From Octopus bimaculoides (lineage: Eukaryota), in assembly GCF_001194135.2 (NCBI RefSeq), contig NC_068982.1:18286081-18334147 (forward strand): 48,067 bases of DNA, read 5' to 3'. Under the pieces are notes generated by a model. The model did not search any database, was not told where the DNA came from, and saw nothing but the letters and a program-made list of their open reading frames with translations. Below, one piece after another: positions 12,796 to 25,250 of this stretch (positions within the stretch are counted from its first letter, which is position 1; each line of letters opens with the position of its first letter). A program made the translations under genes and the position numbers.

Positions 12796-13035
12796 AGTGA
12801 AAGTGCGTAATGTATTGGTTAGTGATTTCGAGTCAATGAGTTCGATTCACGTCGGTACCTTGTTTCCTTGAGCAAGACACTTTATTTCACGTTGCTCTTG
12901 TCCACTCACATGCCAGAAATGAGTAGTACATATATTTCAAGCTTCTCATATTTCCATTTCTATTTCATGTTTAATCTCCCTGAGGACTACGCTAAAAGCA
13001 ACGCGTGTCTGTGGAGACCTCAGACGCTTGCACAG
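12796..13035 (+). mobile_element. SINE family C (central domain ccttgagcaagacactttatttcac)
   Basis: B-box-like gagttcgattc, then a central domain shared with 15941-16181 (-). The CCTTG.GCAAG.CACTT word is typical of V/Meta-type SINE cores. Confidence 0.65.
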
Positions 13036-13074
13036 TGCTCGAAAAATAAGAGGTGTTACATTAGTTGACTGATA

Positions 13075-13790
13075 ATTCACTGGGGGTGTAGAGTCTTAGC
13101 ACCTGTAGAATATAAAGCAAGACATGACAGATTCGGCCAGTATTTACACTGGACAATATGTCGGCATTATAAAATCAGAACCGCTGACAAATGGTATAAA
13201 CACCATCCTGAAGCTGTGACTGATTGAGAAAATGTGTCGATTCTCTGGGACTTCCCCGTACATACCGGCAAAACTATAAAAGCTAATAAACCGGATATTA
13301 TTATAAAAGATCAGACAAAAAAGATGTGTTAATTAATTGAGATGAGTATACCTTGCGATCATGATATAGCGGCGAAAGAATTTGACAAGATCAGTAAATA
13401 TAAAGACTCGCTAATAGAAATTGAGAAAGTGTGGCATCTCAAGGCGACTACCGTACCAGTGATTGTAGGATCTCTAGGAATGATAAAAAAAAAGGTACTG
13501 AACATATTTAGAAATAATACCAGGCCTTCCATCCCTACAGGAAATGCAAAAAATCGTGTTAACTGGAAAGACTCATGTACTGAGAAGAGCAATATCGCTG
13601 TGAAAACGACATCCATTCATAAATTTATTTATTTTTTAATATTTTTAGGTACATATTTTACCTGTGAATTTGAATGTGTAAACTAGGAATGCATACAGTG
13701 AGCTTCTCTGCCCTAGGTGTACGAGAAATGGGAGAAAATTTGAAGAAAGAAAAAAAAACATAATATTAATAATAATAGCAGTGATAATAA
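13075..13790 (+). mobile_element. 5'-truncated non-LTR retrotransposon with restriction-enzyme-like (REL) endonuclease, R4/Dong/NeSL-type; ORF remnant ends near 13602
   Basis: One frame reads GCRVLAPVEYKARHD (end of CCHC knuckle)...ILWDFPVHTGKTIKANKPDIIIKDQTKKMC*LIEMSIP...KISKYKDS...VPVIVGSLG, then after a frameshift LQEMQKIVLTGKTHVLRRAISL*. Has PD..E/D..K motif, 2 in-frame stops and 1 frameshift; 3' UTR runs into (AAT)n. Confidence 0.9.
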
Positions 13791-13803
13791 TAATAATAAT
13801 AAT

Positions 13804-14014
13804 CCTTTCAACTAAAGGCCCAAAGGCAGAAATGTTGGGGAAGAGACCAGTCGATTACATCTACCCATGTGTTTCACTGGTACTTAATTTATCAACCCTG
13901 AAACGATGAAAGGTAAAGTCGACCTCGGTGGTATTTGAACTCAGAACGTAGAGACGGATAAAATACTGCCAAGCATTTTGTCCGACGTGCTAATGGCTCT
14001 GCCGGATCGCCGCC
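13804..14014 (-). mobile_element. SINE family A, near full length
   Basis: Minus-strand head GGCGGCGATCCGGCAGAGCC, B-box GAGTTCAAATACC, tail running into (ATT)n; homologous to 26197-26415. Confidence 0.85.
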
Positions 14015-14020
14015 CTTATG

Positions 14021-14030
14021 CAACAACAAC

Positions 14031-14125
<95 letters not shown>
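14021..14125. repeat. (CAA)(AAT)n(GAT)n compound microsatellite
   Basis: Direct reading; explains the poly-I/M/S/L ORFs. Confidence 0.95.
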
Positions 14126-14126
<1 letters not shown>

Positions 14127-14869
14127 CTGTCAAGGTTTTGAGAAGACACTCGGCAAGAAATTGGGAGAAAATTGAAAGAAGAGGAAAATGATGATAATAA
14201 TAACAACGACAAAAACATCATCAGCTACTACTACTACTTGTACTACTGTATTGTATTAAGGTCAACAGCCCTCTATGTCAGAGTTGAACGAAAAATTTAT
14301 TACGGTGCTAAAATTACTGACAAAATTCCTTCAAGTTGTTATGAAATGTTATCACGTTACCTATGATAAAATACAAAATTTCTATTAGTCATTGTTAACT
14401 GACGGTATGCGTTTAGCAAACTGTCGTTTTTATTGTCATTCGTAGCTGCAATATGACATTAGGCATTTGTGAAACACAAAGGCGTACATGACACTGAACG
14501 GAGTACTAGCCTAATTAACGTAAATAAGAACTCTCTGCTCAAATAATTTCCAATTACACAACGGGGATTTTAACAACGAAAGCTACCGAAATTAAGCTTC
14601 AAAATACACAGAGGTGTTATGTTTAAACGAATACATTTCTTTAATAGTAGTTGCAAATATAAAATTGGAAAGTATAATTTCGTTGTTACAGATATTGCGG
14701 ATAGTTAAGTAGTGACTGAATAGGATCGAGAAAAGACTATGGAATGGACAAGAAATTTGATTAGGGACGAGCAGTAATGCGATTCTTTTTATTCAAGAAG
14801 GCAAAGCCTTATAAACGGGAGTTCGGAGAAGCACTCTCCGATGTTTTGCTGGATGTCAACCTTTAAAGC

Positions 14870-15010
14870 AAAGAAGTTAGCTTCACAACAAGATGGTTGC
14901 GGGTTCAAACCCGCTGCGTAGAATTTTAACTATCTTCTACTATAATTCCAGGCTGACCGAAGCCTTGTATGTGGACTTGGTAGATTGAACCCGGAAGAGT
15001 TCCATGGAAT
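14870..15010 (+). mobile_element. SINE family B head, decayed
   Basis: gggttcaaaccc B-box, then tcttctactata...gaccgaagccttgt..gtggacttggtaga as in copies at 30733, 34500 and 47717. Confidence 0.7.
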
Positions 15011-15056
15011 ACATATCTGGAGGAGTAACACACACACATAGTATATATGGTGGGGT

Positions 15057-15104
<48 letters not shown>

Positions 15105-15289
15105 TGAGAAAGTTGTTATATATATATATATCACGGACTCTACCGTCGTTAGAAGACGTATGAAGGTTCAATAATTTCTTGCCGAACAACCACACTGATG
15201 ATTTGTTTATTGCGATCAAATGGCTGTGTACATATAAGCTCACTCACTTCATCAAATCGACATTACCTGTACAGATGCACCGTGTGCCA

Positions 15290-15851
15290 CATGTCAGATT
15301 ACGAAATTATCTCAAATTATCTCAAACTTTCCACTTCTCATGAGGATTCTAAGACTCCCAAATTTTAGTCATTTTTTATGATCCAAAACTATGTCAAAAG
15401 TACTGAATGGGTCTTTACGAAATTTGGTAATTATATTCTATGTATAATGACCATAACCCCCATGAAAATTCATATATTTTTGCTGCTGATGAAATTTTAA
15501 CCATCTCTGCTAGTATTATATATTTGTAAGTATCTATATATACCTGTATATATGTGAGATAATAGTTTCACTTTAATAGTTTCAGTATTAAAGTGAAACT
15601 GTCTGACATTACAATAGTGAGATGTTATTGTTTCACTTTTGACACGTAATACTGCAATAGTGGAGGAGATGTGATATTGTATTGGGCTCGCACTATGCAA
15701 GAAGGGAAACATGTATTTGGCCTAAAATAGTGCCTGGCCCCTAAGTAAGGCACGTGTAAAATCGGAATGAAATTGGTTGCGTAGTTCTCAGGTTTTAGGG
15801 ATTCACACAGACAGACATACAGGCACACATTCTCATCTTTATATATGTAGA
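15290..15851 (-). mobile_element. Non-autonomous Helitron-like element (uncertain 3' end)
   Basis: Minus strand begins A|TCTACATATATAAAGATGAGAATGTGTGCCTGTATGTCTGTCTG, then GAGAACTACGCAACCAATTTCATTCC, resembling Helitron/DINE 5' ends. No clean CTRR 3' end was found. Confidence 0.4.
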
Positions 15852-15940
15852 TATATATTGTATGTGTGTGTGTGTAGCCTAACTTGCTATGTTACAGAGT
15901 TCACGTAATTTTTTCTCAGTAGTATGTATGGATAGGATAA

Positions 15941-16181
15941 AGGTCCTTCCCGTGTCATACAGATTCATAGGGCCGGTTTCCCGGTTTCGAAGGCGTATAT
16001 ATTCCTCACCTGAATGGGACGTCTGGCCATCGCAGAATTACTCATTTTGCCAGCAGAATAGATTGCAGCAATGTGAAATAATGTGTTTTGCTCTCGACAA
16101 AACGCGTCGCCAGGCACAGGAATGGAAACGAGAATTTTACTATCGTGAGTCCAACGCCGTAACCACCAAACCGCGCACCTC
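15941..16181 (-). mobile_element. SINE family C
   Basis: Minus strand: A-box-like TGGTGGTTACGGCGTTGG, B-box-like GTTTCCATTCC, and core GAGCAAAACACATTATTTCACATTGCT...CTGGCAAAATGAGTA shared with 12796-13035. Confidence 0.75.
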
Positions 16182-16329
16182 GACAGTATATATGAAACTA
16201 TAGCATACAGATTACATAAAGTGTGGGATAGAAACATCATCATAATCCAGCTAATATTTACGGAATGTCCAGGTACACACGGTCTAGTATATACCCCACT
16301 GACTTTCCCAATCACCGCCACACACAGAC

Positions 16330-16330
<1 letters not shown>

Positions 16331-16360
<30 letters not shown>

Positions 16361-16425
16361 TGTATGTATGTATGTATGTATGTATGTGTATGTATACATA
16401 TATATGTGTGTACATGTGTGTGTGT
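16331..16425. repeat. (TATG)n tetranucleotide repeat with TG tail
   Basis: Direct reading. Confidence 0.9.
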
Positions 16426-17897
16426 ATTCATGTATCTCTCTGTCTGTCTTTGTATACTCTTAAACAACGTCTTAATAAATAAATTTTAAAAAAATGTCTC
16501 CGTGTCGTCTAATGGATTTATCACTGGAAAATACCAGAAGACCGTTTTATTGTTTGTATAATCTTATGAGATATTTTCGTTCTCCATTGTAATCTTGGTT
16601 GCCAGGCCACATAAGTGATTCTGTCTGAAGTAAAATTTTGTAGAACTTCCTTTAGATAAATTTAGTGATTTCATAGAGAAGGGGGAAAAGAGAGAAAGTG
16701 TGAAAGAAAAAATGAGACAGATCATTAAAATTCATAAATGTTTTACTTTTAGAAGGGAATATTGAAATAGTCTCCTATATGAAAATACGTTCATACATAC
16801 ACGTAATCATATGAAAGTAATCAGAAAATAAATGAACATGACTATTAGTAGAGGTCCGTGGTAAGAAACGGTTGAGAGAGTTAAACATCAGAAGGCCGTG
16901 AGAGAAGAAGCCTTTACCTTCTTGTACAATAAGGGGGCCAGGACGGATCCAGGTCATGACTTCCGGGTGCCCATCTAACCATCTAGCTGGTTGTAATGTT
17001 AGTGGCGAAGCATCAACGCTTACATAGAGTTACCTCACTCAGCATTAAAAAATATTGGCTTCAATCAGACCTCCAGCAACTTACTGTAAAAAAACTGACC
17101 TGTATATTTGTTTCATCTTGATCTATGTTCTGCATTTACGATTTCAAATAATGGTAGAAGTATTAGACTACAGAACATACAACTTAGTATGCTTTAGAGC
17201 ATTTCGTGATCCCTCGTTTGTAGGGAAACTACTTTCATTCATGCTCTTATTTACTCCCTATTTTTACACAAAATTTAACCATGTAATATATATATGGGTT
17301 TGTTTATTAGGGGTGTTATTGAAGGGCGTTTCGTTAATTATCCTTATGTTACCCACGCTTTCACGTTATCTCCCACGGTGCTAATGTTCTTATTTTCCCC
17401 TTTAATCTTTTCAGTTTTTTCGCTTTAGATGTTATTTGTTTTCTGTGTTTTTTTCTTGGCTCTTTGTTCGCAAGAAAGTGGTGGATTGACCAGCGTGCAG
17501 GTTCTTGGAGAGGAAACATCTCGAATACTCTGACAGGGCTTGTGATGTAGCATCAGAATCACCCGACAGACGTTTCTGCATAAATGCCCATAGAGGCACA
17601 AACAAATCCGTTAGTGAAAGAAACGTACTTTAAAGGACTTCACGTCGACAGGTTATCCATGATGTCCTATTATATTTATATGTTCTATGTTAAATAAATT
17701 TGAAATGCAGAAATAGATAACTTTGAAAAGATACTTCATCTTAAATCAAAATAATGTGAAACATTTGTGTTGGTTACTTTAAAACGTAATTCATTTCTGA
17801 AAATAAACAACTTAGAACTTTCGTGAATGCTGCCATTGTCATCAAGAATGTGAAACAGTTAGTCATTTGGTGGTATGCAGTATTGCACTGTGCAACG

Positions 17898-18495
17898 GAC
17901 TAATAACGCCTGTGTGAAGGAAATCTTAGAAGAAGATGCCCTGAGAATATTAAAACTATTCCAAATCTAAGCAATGTAATATGATGGTATATCGAAAGCT
18001 ATATTACTTGTGATTCGAAAGGCTTTGTGCGATGATTCGAAAATATATTTTATCCGTGATTCAACAGAACTTGGTAATAAATATCATATAGCTTTTGTAT
18101 GATTAAGCAGTAAAGATGAAATTCAAGGAAGCAAGTTTCACTTTCAAAGACATTCTTGAAGTAGGCAAACGGATTAATATATTAAACATTGCGGTTCTCA
18201 TTCATTAAAAGTCAGTTTCTTCTGAACAGGTTTTGTTTGAATTGTAAAAGAAGAACATACAGATATATTTGTATATATGACGAAATGAAAATATCTAGGA
18301 TATCAATTCATAAACGTGTTTGGTGTCCTGGAAAATGTGAAAACTGTCAAGGACCAGTTCATACAGGAATATTTGAAGCTTATGTGACAAAAAAAAATGG
18401 ACAACTAGCACATTAATCTCTTGCTTCTACACAGTGCATGGGGACAACACAAAGCGGGAGTTCTATAAGCTGAGACATGAAATGCAGGACTACAG
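17898..18495 (+). pseudogene. Decayed hAT transposase (Buster/Charlie, ZBED5/SCAND3-like)
   Basis: Colinear peptides CVKEILEEDALRI / IKTIPNLSNVI / RDSTELGNKYHIAFV / GFV*IVKEEHTDI / MDN*HINLLLLH / FYKLRHEMQDY follow the ZBED5-type order KTIPLSN, DESTD, SGFVA.VKE, MGSEH..LL.H, FYELR.EI. Confidence 0.6.
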
Positions 18496-18659
18496 TTATA
18501 AATTAGTAAGTCAGATGGTTTGAAGATCCATTTCAAAAGAAGGCATGATTGCGTGCAACTCAATATTTGAATTGTACGAGAAGTTTATTTTAAAGGAACG
18601 AAAACCCTGTTTGATGTACAGTGATATTACATGAGAGACAAGTATTTAGATATTCTTAG

Positions 18660-19265
18660 TATATATATACATATATACGTACAAGTATGTGCATACCTGC
18701 ATCTACCTGTATATATAGGTGCATATCTGGGTACAGGACATTGCAAACAAAACGTAGACAAAAGATAATAATAACCAGAGTACAGAAAACACACAGGCCA
18801 CATAGAGAATATTTTCCTTCATCAGCTACCCCCATTCTAACACAGGCGTTTCGAAGAGTAGGGCAGGATGCATCGTTAAAATGGCTCTTCCCACGGACCA
18901 CAAATTAAATATTTATATACACAAATTAAATTTGTACCATGGAGGAATGTAGTGGCGGAGAGAAAACAACTCAGGAAAACAAACGGGAAAGAAAACAAGA
19001 CAGGAAAACAAACGGAAAAGAAAACAAAACAGGAAAACAAACGGAAAAGGCTATACGGCCAGACGTGAAAAATTACGTGTATAATGAATGCTGTGAAGCA
19101 ACGAACTGGAAGCGGGACGAAGTAAGTTCGCGTGTTTGCTCGGCGATAGCCAAGGAAGAAAAGAATTAGTGACTGGACACATGTGACTAGCGAGGGGGTA
19201 AGGAAGGGAGAGAGTGGTAGAGGGAGAAACAAGGCGAGGAAGTAGAAAATAGGTGAGCAACGAGA
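18660..19265. mobile_element. Second copy of the 10841-11663 repeat family
   Basis: Shares ggtgcatatctgggtacaggacattgcaaacaaaacgtagac, ttcatcagctacccc, gcatcgttaaaa, ccatggaggaatgtagtggcgga, gagagagtggtagagggaga, ataggtgagcaacgaga; same orientation; follows (TA)n. Confidence 0.85.
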
Positions 19266-19791
19266 GAAAGAGAGTATAATAAATGATAAATTATTTTACG
19301 TACTTGTATTAAAATATTTAATATAAATTATATTGTACAGTTGTTTAAGTTATAAAACGATATAGGTAAAAAAACCCCCACTATTTTCATTGACCTGATA
19401 GCAAACTTTTGTACTTGTTTTTTATTATGCATTGAACAGCTGTAATATATAAATTATATAACATATATTAATACAATCGTGTAAATTAATTATTTATTGT
19501 GTACTAAGATTTATTATTTTCCTACGATATAGGCAGCAAAACCACCGTCATTATATGGATGTCAGTTGGCGAAATGAATATATTCCTCTTTTACCTCTTC
19601 CTTTACATTTATACACTCCTCATTAAATAATCATTAACTACTGGATGTATTGTATTTCAGCTGCATCGAACTACACACTACGCACCTATTTTCTGTCTTG
19701 GTCTACTATGTGGCTTCTATCCTGATCCATTAAATGAGTCATTTTTCAATTACTACCAGTGTTTTCACTAAATCCATATGTTGTACATTAT

Positions 19792-19798
19792 ATATATA

Positions 19799-19843
<45 letters not shown>
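19792..19843. repeat. (TA)n(TG)n microsatellite
   Basis: Direct reading. Confidence 0.9.
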
Positions 19844-19845
<2 letters not shown>

Positions 19846-21939
19846 ACATCTGGAGGTAACTGTCTACGTTTTATATTTTTGAACAGGCATTTTTATTTTT
19901 CAAGTATCATAAGCAAATGCAGAAATGTTTACCATTCATTTGAAGACCATATCTGTTTGTGTTTGTCTAAAGTTCGACGTTACATAAAGCATTAAGTTTG
20001 AAAAGACAGGCAGATATATCTCAATAAGGAAGGAATTCCATTATTTAACTTGGCGTTGAAATATATATTGTTTCGACTCCAATAATATATCGTTATCCAT
20101 TTCCTTTTTTTAACTTTTACCTTCACAACAGTGATAAAAATTTGAAAACTTCAATAATTACAGTTATTAGCATATGCTATATGCTTGAGTGTATATATAT
20201 GTTTCCATATCTCATGATATATTATACTAGAAAATATGTCTCCATATATTTTCCTTTCTTATATATATGTAGGTCATTTAATAGAGATTCTAAGACAGAC
20301 TATATACCTATGCTTCCTCATAAAACGTTGAGTGAATCGTGAATAATTGCCTAGTAGGTTCTAAAGTAGAAAATCGCGAAATAAATGAGTTTAATAAGAT
20401 ATCAATCTGTGTTTGCATCGTTCGGAAATTTATTCGTACAATTAAGGTCTTCTTCGATTTTTGATATCAGAGAAATAATCAATTACATATTAACGGTGTC
20501 ACAGATTACTGTGTCACTGTAAAATAATTATTGATATCTTCACGTCCAATTTGTTTGAAATACGAAACATTTAGAAAAAGTGAATAAGATTTTACCTAAA
20601 CCTATTTTTAGTTTCAGGGATGTAATTATTCGGAGATAATAGGCCTTCATATCCATAACACATCCCTCCGAAAATATTGGATAATTAATGAGAAAAAATA
20701 TGTATAATGACCGTACCTGTGACAATCGCATCCATATTCACGTCGAAAGAGATATTCACTCACATTTAATAAGATATTGATGGAGTATTGATCAAAGTCT
20801 AACGAGGTTGTATGACTAGAGCAACTTTAAAATAATTTATCATCGTTATGGTTCCCGCATAGTTTCAAAAATTAATAGTGATGCTATGATTCACGTATAA
20901 TTTATTGTTTTACTATAGATAAACCTGATAAATACCTCATTAGCGAATAATCTTGAACCGTTCTATTATACATTCAACGTTTTCCCATATTAGCAAATTA
21001 GCAAAGTGAAATTCCAGAAAATTTGGCCTGTTGTTTATAGCATGTCTAGTAAACATATAGAGACTTAACATATGGCTCGATTTTCAATAATTAGGCTATA
21101 TGCATTACTAAGAACTTTCGACATTTCATCTCGGAAAATGTCAAATGAAAAGTCGTCTAATTATGTGTTTCAGAAAATATAATTTTTCCCGTAAACTCTA
21201 CGTTTGCTTTTAATTCAAATATATGTATATATCAATAAACTTTCCTCTGTACATTCAAAAATACAAAATCAGGAATAAATTCAGGGATCTTAACATTTCT
21301 ATTGAAATAAACATCCACATATAAATGTCTGAAAATGATGGGACGCAGTTTATTTGTAACTTGATTATGTATTACACAATAATTAAGAGACAACCTGAAG
21401 TATAATCTCTACCCATGCTCAAATAAAATCCCCGAGGCATTTTTGTCAACACTGTTTGAAAACAGTCAGTTAACACTAACTAAACTAAATTGCGCAATTT
21501 GTTCTATTCTCAAAATGGTTATTATTGTGTCAGAAATAGAATTTGATTAGTGGCAACTACAGCGCTTTCTCACAAATTTAAACATAGCTGCTTATCACAG
21601 AGTCCTTGAAACGAACAAAAAGCAAAGACGAAAATTATTGGTTGCAATAGATTCTAGAAATAAAAGATGAAACAAATAATACGGCTGAGAAACAAAACAC
21701 AGAGAATAACGGTCAACGACGTAATCTTATGGCTTGTCGATATTAACGCGGTCAGGGAAATCGCACGTAGCTTCCAATGGAAGGTATGTAAGCCTGCAAA
21801 TGACAAAGGAAGTCAAGCATTTAAAGTATAAAGAGTGATATCACCAATATCATTTGTCTGATTGCGTGACTGAATTGGAACATGATCTTCAATGCAATGT
21901 TTTTGATATTGTTAAATAATAAAGCAGAATGAATGTAAT

Positions 21940-22360
21940 GGAAAGAAATAATATCAAAGTTAATAGTAGTGCATATTTACATTGACATAGAATTGAATTA
22001 ATAGAATCTGGAAACTCATTGAAAATCTTAGACAATATATCACCATCCGTCCATAATGTGCAAACGCTACGCATATAATAGTTTTGATCACCGGACGGTG
22101 CTTTTGATATATTTAACCATTATACCAACAATAGCAGCGAAATGGCAACATATATAAATATATTTCTAGACAGTAAAACCAATTCTTTTTGAACTTCTTT
22201 CTACTTTATTCTCCAGTAAGATTTTATGCCACCTTCTGATCTTCATAGCTGCATGTACACTTTTATTCCTGTCGAATAAAATGTCAAACCAGGGTCACAG
22301 CTTGAGCGGGCCATAAAAGTTTTAAGCGAACGCTATATCATTGATGAATATAAATTTTCT
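21940..22360 (-). pseudogene. Possible heavily decayed hAT transposase relic
   Basis: Frame-hopping similarity only: IMVKYIKS, C-V-S-V-C-T(..)DG, KIFNEFPDSI..I.C...YAL versus ZBED5-type CVSVCTDG...RIKEVAP..I.THC.IHREAL. Confidence 0.3.
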
Positions 22361-24439
22361 GTAGTTTCAATGAGCATACTATTGTGCATATGCATCAACA
22401 ACAATATGTATATATATGGTAATTTGTGTTCCATGTGAATAACAAATGCCAATGCCACATTAATTCACAGCTATTCTATGTTACAACCTCTTCATATTAC
22501 TATGAAGAAATGAAGAAGAATGCAAATAGAAGATATATTTTACAATCGTTAATTTTCTCCATGGTATTCGGAACTAAACCGAAGAAAACTGGCTTCTAGT
22601 GGGAATAACTAATTCTCTACCAGATATTATGTAACTGAAGAGAAATATTTCGATTAAACAAATAAAATGAGCAAAAATATTTTACAGATTCTAAGTGTTT
22701 CCTTTAAGTTCTAACAACGAAAAAGTCAACTTGTTTAAGATACTTCCTCGGACGTTAACATCAATACCACTCTTCCTGTATAAATCGATTTACCGTAACG
22801 GAAAAATTATTGTGCCTAGTGTTGAAAGTGTTATCCTTATATGCCAACCACCGTAGAACCAAATGTTTTCGTTTAGATGTTCCTATTATTAGATAGTTTA
22901 TTCGAAGACAGTCAATTGCACTAAAAATTAGATCGCTTAATAAAATTTGTTTTAATTTCAAATTAATTGTTGTGATTATATCTGACTGGGATCTATCTTG
23001 ATTTTCATCTTCCAACAGTCCAGTGAAATACGCACTACATATATATAACAGTTGTTTGACATTTTTCAGGTGCTTTAGATGCTGAAAACACAATGTATTT
23101 GATATGAATTCTAATAAGAAATATGTCTTCGAATTGATAACAAATTCATAAATTTCTTTTGAATTCCGCTGTTCTAGTTATTGGTTTCTTAAATTTTAAA
23201 ACGCAAATGAATAACTTTATGTAGTTACATTGCATAACGTTGCACATAAACTACTGTAGTACATAAAATATTAAAGTACTGAGAAACTGCTACTTCTCAA
23301 GAAACGGAAGTAGCTTAGAAAGATGCATAATATCAATATTATAGCGAGTATTACATTAGCAGTTTTCAGATAAAAATATTTTATTCTAAGAATTCAAGCA
23401 AACAATTCATTACCAATTAACTCTTCCCAATAAAAAAAAAAAAACAATTCTGCTTTGACGTTATATATATTAGATTTCAAGATGGTTGTCGAAAATATTT
23501 GCTTCTATTTCATATTATTGCCTTCAATTATGGATTCGTATTTTTTCTTCACGGCTTCAGAGCCTAACTGGTTACATGCAAGTTATACGACTTCCGATAG
23601 TCAGTAACTTGCAGTGGAGATATTTGCAATACTACTATATGAAACATTATATTTGCATCCTGGACAAGATGTTGGAAACTTGTTACGAATTGAACAAAAA
23701 GCTTCACATGTATTGGAACAAATTTAGTTTGTGCATTCCACATTACGCTTGGGATTTCCAAACGGAGGTCCAAATGCTTATCAGTTTTCTTGTTCCCCTT
23801 GCGATTTGTATACTAGAATGAGTACGATATTAATATAGTAATATTGTACTATATTGTATTACTTTATATTGTGATATAAATCCACCGCGACAGCAACAAC
23901 AACATGCACTCACATCCAACTTTATTTTAAGGGGTAAAAAAAGTATATATATGCTATACTATACAGCATAAAGTTCAGAGATACAGTGGAAAAGGGCTTC
24001 AAGGTAGTGAAGTGAACGTCAGGTGACTAGAAATTGATAAGGCGGTCATTCTATTGAGTTTTCAACAAATAATTGTAGAAACAATTATGATAACTATTGA
24101 CAGTAATTTTCATAAATACTTAAGGTATTGGCTATTGTGGCGCAATACATAGAACATAACTGTCCCCTCTATGTTTAGCCCCCAGTGGGCAATAAAGAAA
24201 TAAATACATAGAACATATTTCATACAAAACCATTACACAATATTTGGGATATCTACATTCAAGCAACTTTGGGGTGGGGGCAGAAAGTAACATAGTATAA
24301 TAGAAGATCGGGCAAACCAAAGAGACTAATTGCCCCAGCACGCTAGAGAATGATTTTCAACAGAAGTCTACATAGAATAAAAAAGCTGTACTTCATACTT
24401 CGTAATTGTTTCAAATTTCCGCATAAATTATGAGATAAA

Positions 24440-24620
24440 AGATTTGATCCATGATATCGACTCTAGTACTCGACTGGTAATTCATTTTCTTCATGCCAAA
24501 TTTATGAAAGGCAAAGTTGACTTCAGAACCTGAAGAACACAAAACATAAACTCTGAGAAAAATGTCTGTTGCAATAAGTATTAATATTTTGCCCGTCAAG
24601 CTAACCGATCTGCTAGCGCG
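24440..24620 (-). mobile_element. SINE family A, decayed
   Basis: atcgactctagtactcgactggtaattcatt...atgaaaggcaaagttgacttc matches the 13804-14014 body. Confidence 0.6.
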
Positions 24621-25084
24621 GGACACACGCAGTACTTCTCAGGATATGTAGTATTCATTGGTCAGATATCAGGCTATAGATAAAGGCAATATGTGTGGTA
24701 ACTGATCGTATCTAGTTAATTTTATTGAATAATTACATTAACATAAATTAATATAAACACTAGTCAATAAAACCAGGGCTATTGTGATCGACTATACTCG
24801 GGAACGTGATGTTTCAGCGTGGCAGCAGTACTTGGATGAAATAATTAAAATCATATTTTCAAAGGAGCACAGTGTCTAAAATAGAGAAGCGAAGTTTTGT
24901 TGATTAAATTCAACCCCGTATTCCACTTGAAATTTAATTCATTCACCCCAAACGCCTGAAAGAAAAAAAAAAGCCTCGGTGGTAATTGAAAGTCCATCAT
25001 AAAAATCGCAGACCAAATAATGCAAGGTTTTCATTCGAGGATACAAGAATTTTGGTAATATATGTGTACTTGTTAAATTAATTA

Positions 25085-25250
25085 AAATATGGAAATCTTG
25101 CGGACCTTGCGATATGTATGTCACAAGGCTCTCGAACAAAAGAACGACCGGTAAGGCTACAGATTGGCTTTCAAGAGGTCGGAAAAAGGCCGTTTGAAGA
25201 AGGCCTATTTGAACAAAAGTGGAAAAGATCAAGAAGGAATAAGAAGCATA
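25085..25250 (+). pseudogene. Possible Tc1/mariner N-terminal HTH relic
   Basis: MEILRTL...; RTTGKATDWLSRGRKKAV*R...KVEKIKK resembles ETG...DRPRSGRP+.VRT...+.KV; weak. Confidence 0.3.

Noticed and set aside
12974-13017. CTGAGGA...AACGCGTGTC with TCTCC/GGAGA flanks, hammerhead look-alike
   Set aside because: No GAAA, no proper stem II, and stem I is offset by 3 nt; it lies in the SINE-C tail.
16840-16990. Possible exon (GAAG|GTAAAG, minus) or LINE end (GLLMFNSL)
   Set aside because: Too short to discriminate.
18280-18390. KYLG motif suggesting a LINE RT
   Set aside because: The same frame fits the surrounding hAT transposase better.
21889-22074. Hydrophobic ORF resembling a GPCR TM5 or Cys-loop receptor M3 (with SSCDPGLTFY upstream)
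   Set aside because: Multiple stops, wrong motif spacing, and AT-rich DNA readily gives F/I/L/Y runs; a decayed hAT fits at least as well.
22634-22660. CTGAAGA-GAAATATTTC-GATT, and similar isolated core words at 12790, 15194, 15486, 24530, 39972, 44195
   Set aside because: No GAAA at the right place and no stems I or III.
23486-23821. GC-balanced stretch with Cys-rich peptides (TCSGDICN; CSNTCEAFC...SCPGCK)
   Set aside because: Every frame has stops or lacks recognisable motifs; no splice support.
24160-24195. atgtttagcccccagtgggcaataaagaaataaata as a retroelement 3' end
   Set aside because: Recalled resemblance only; no second copy in the window.
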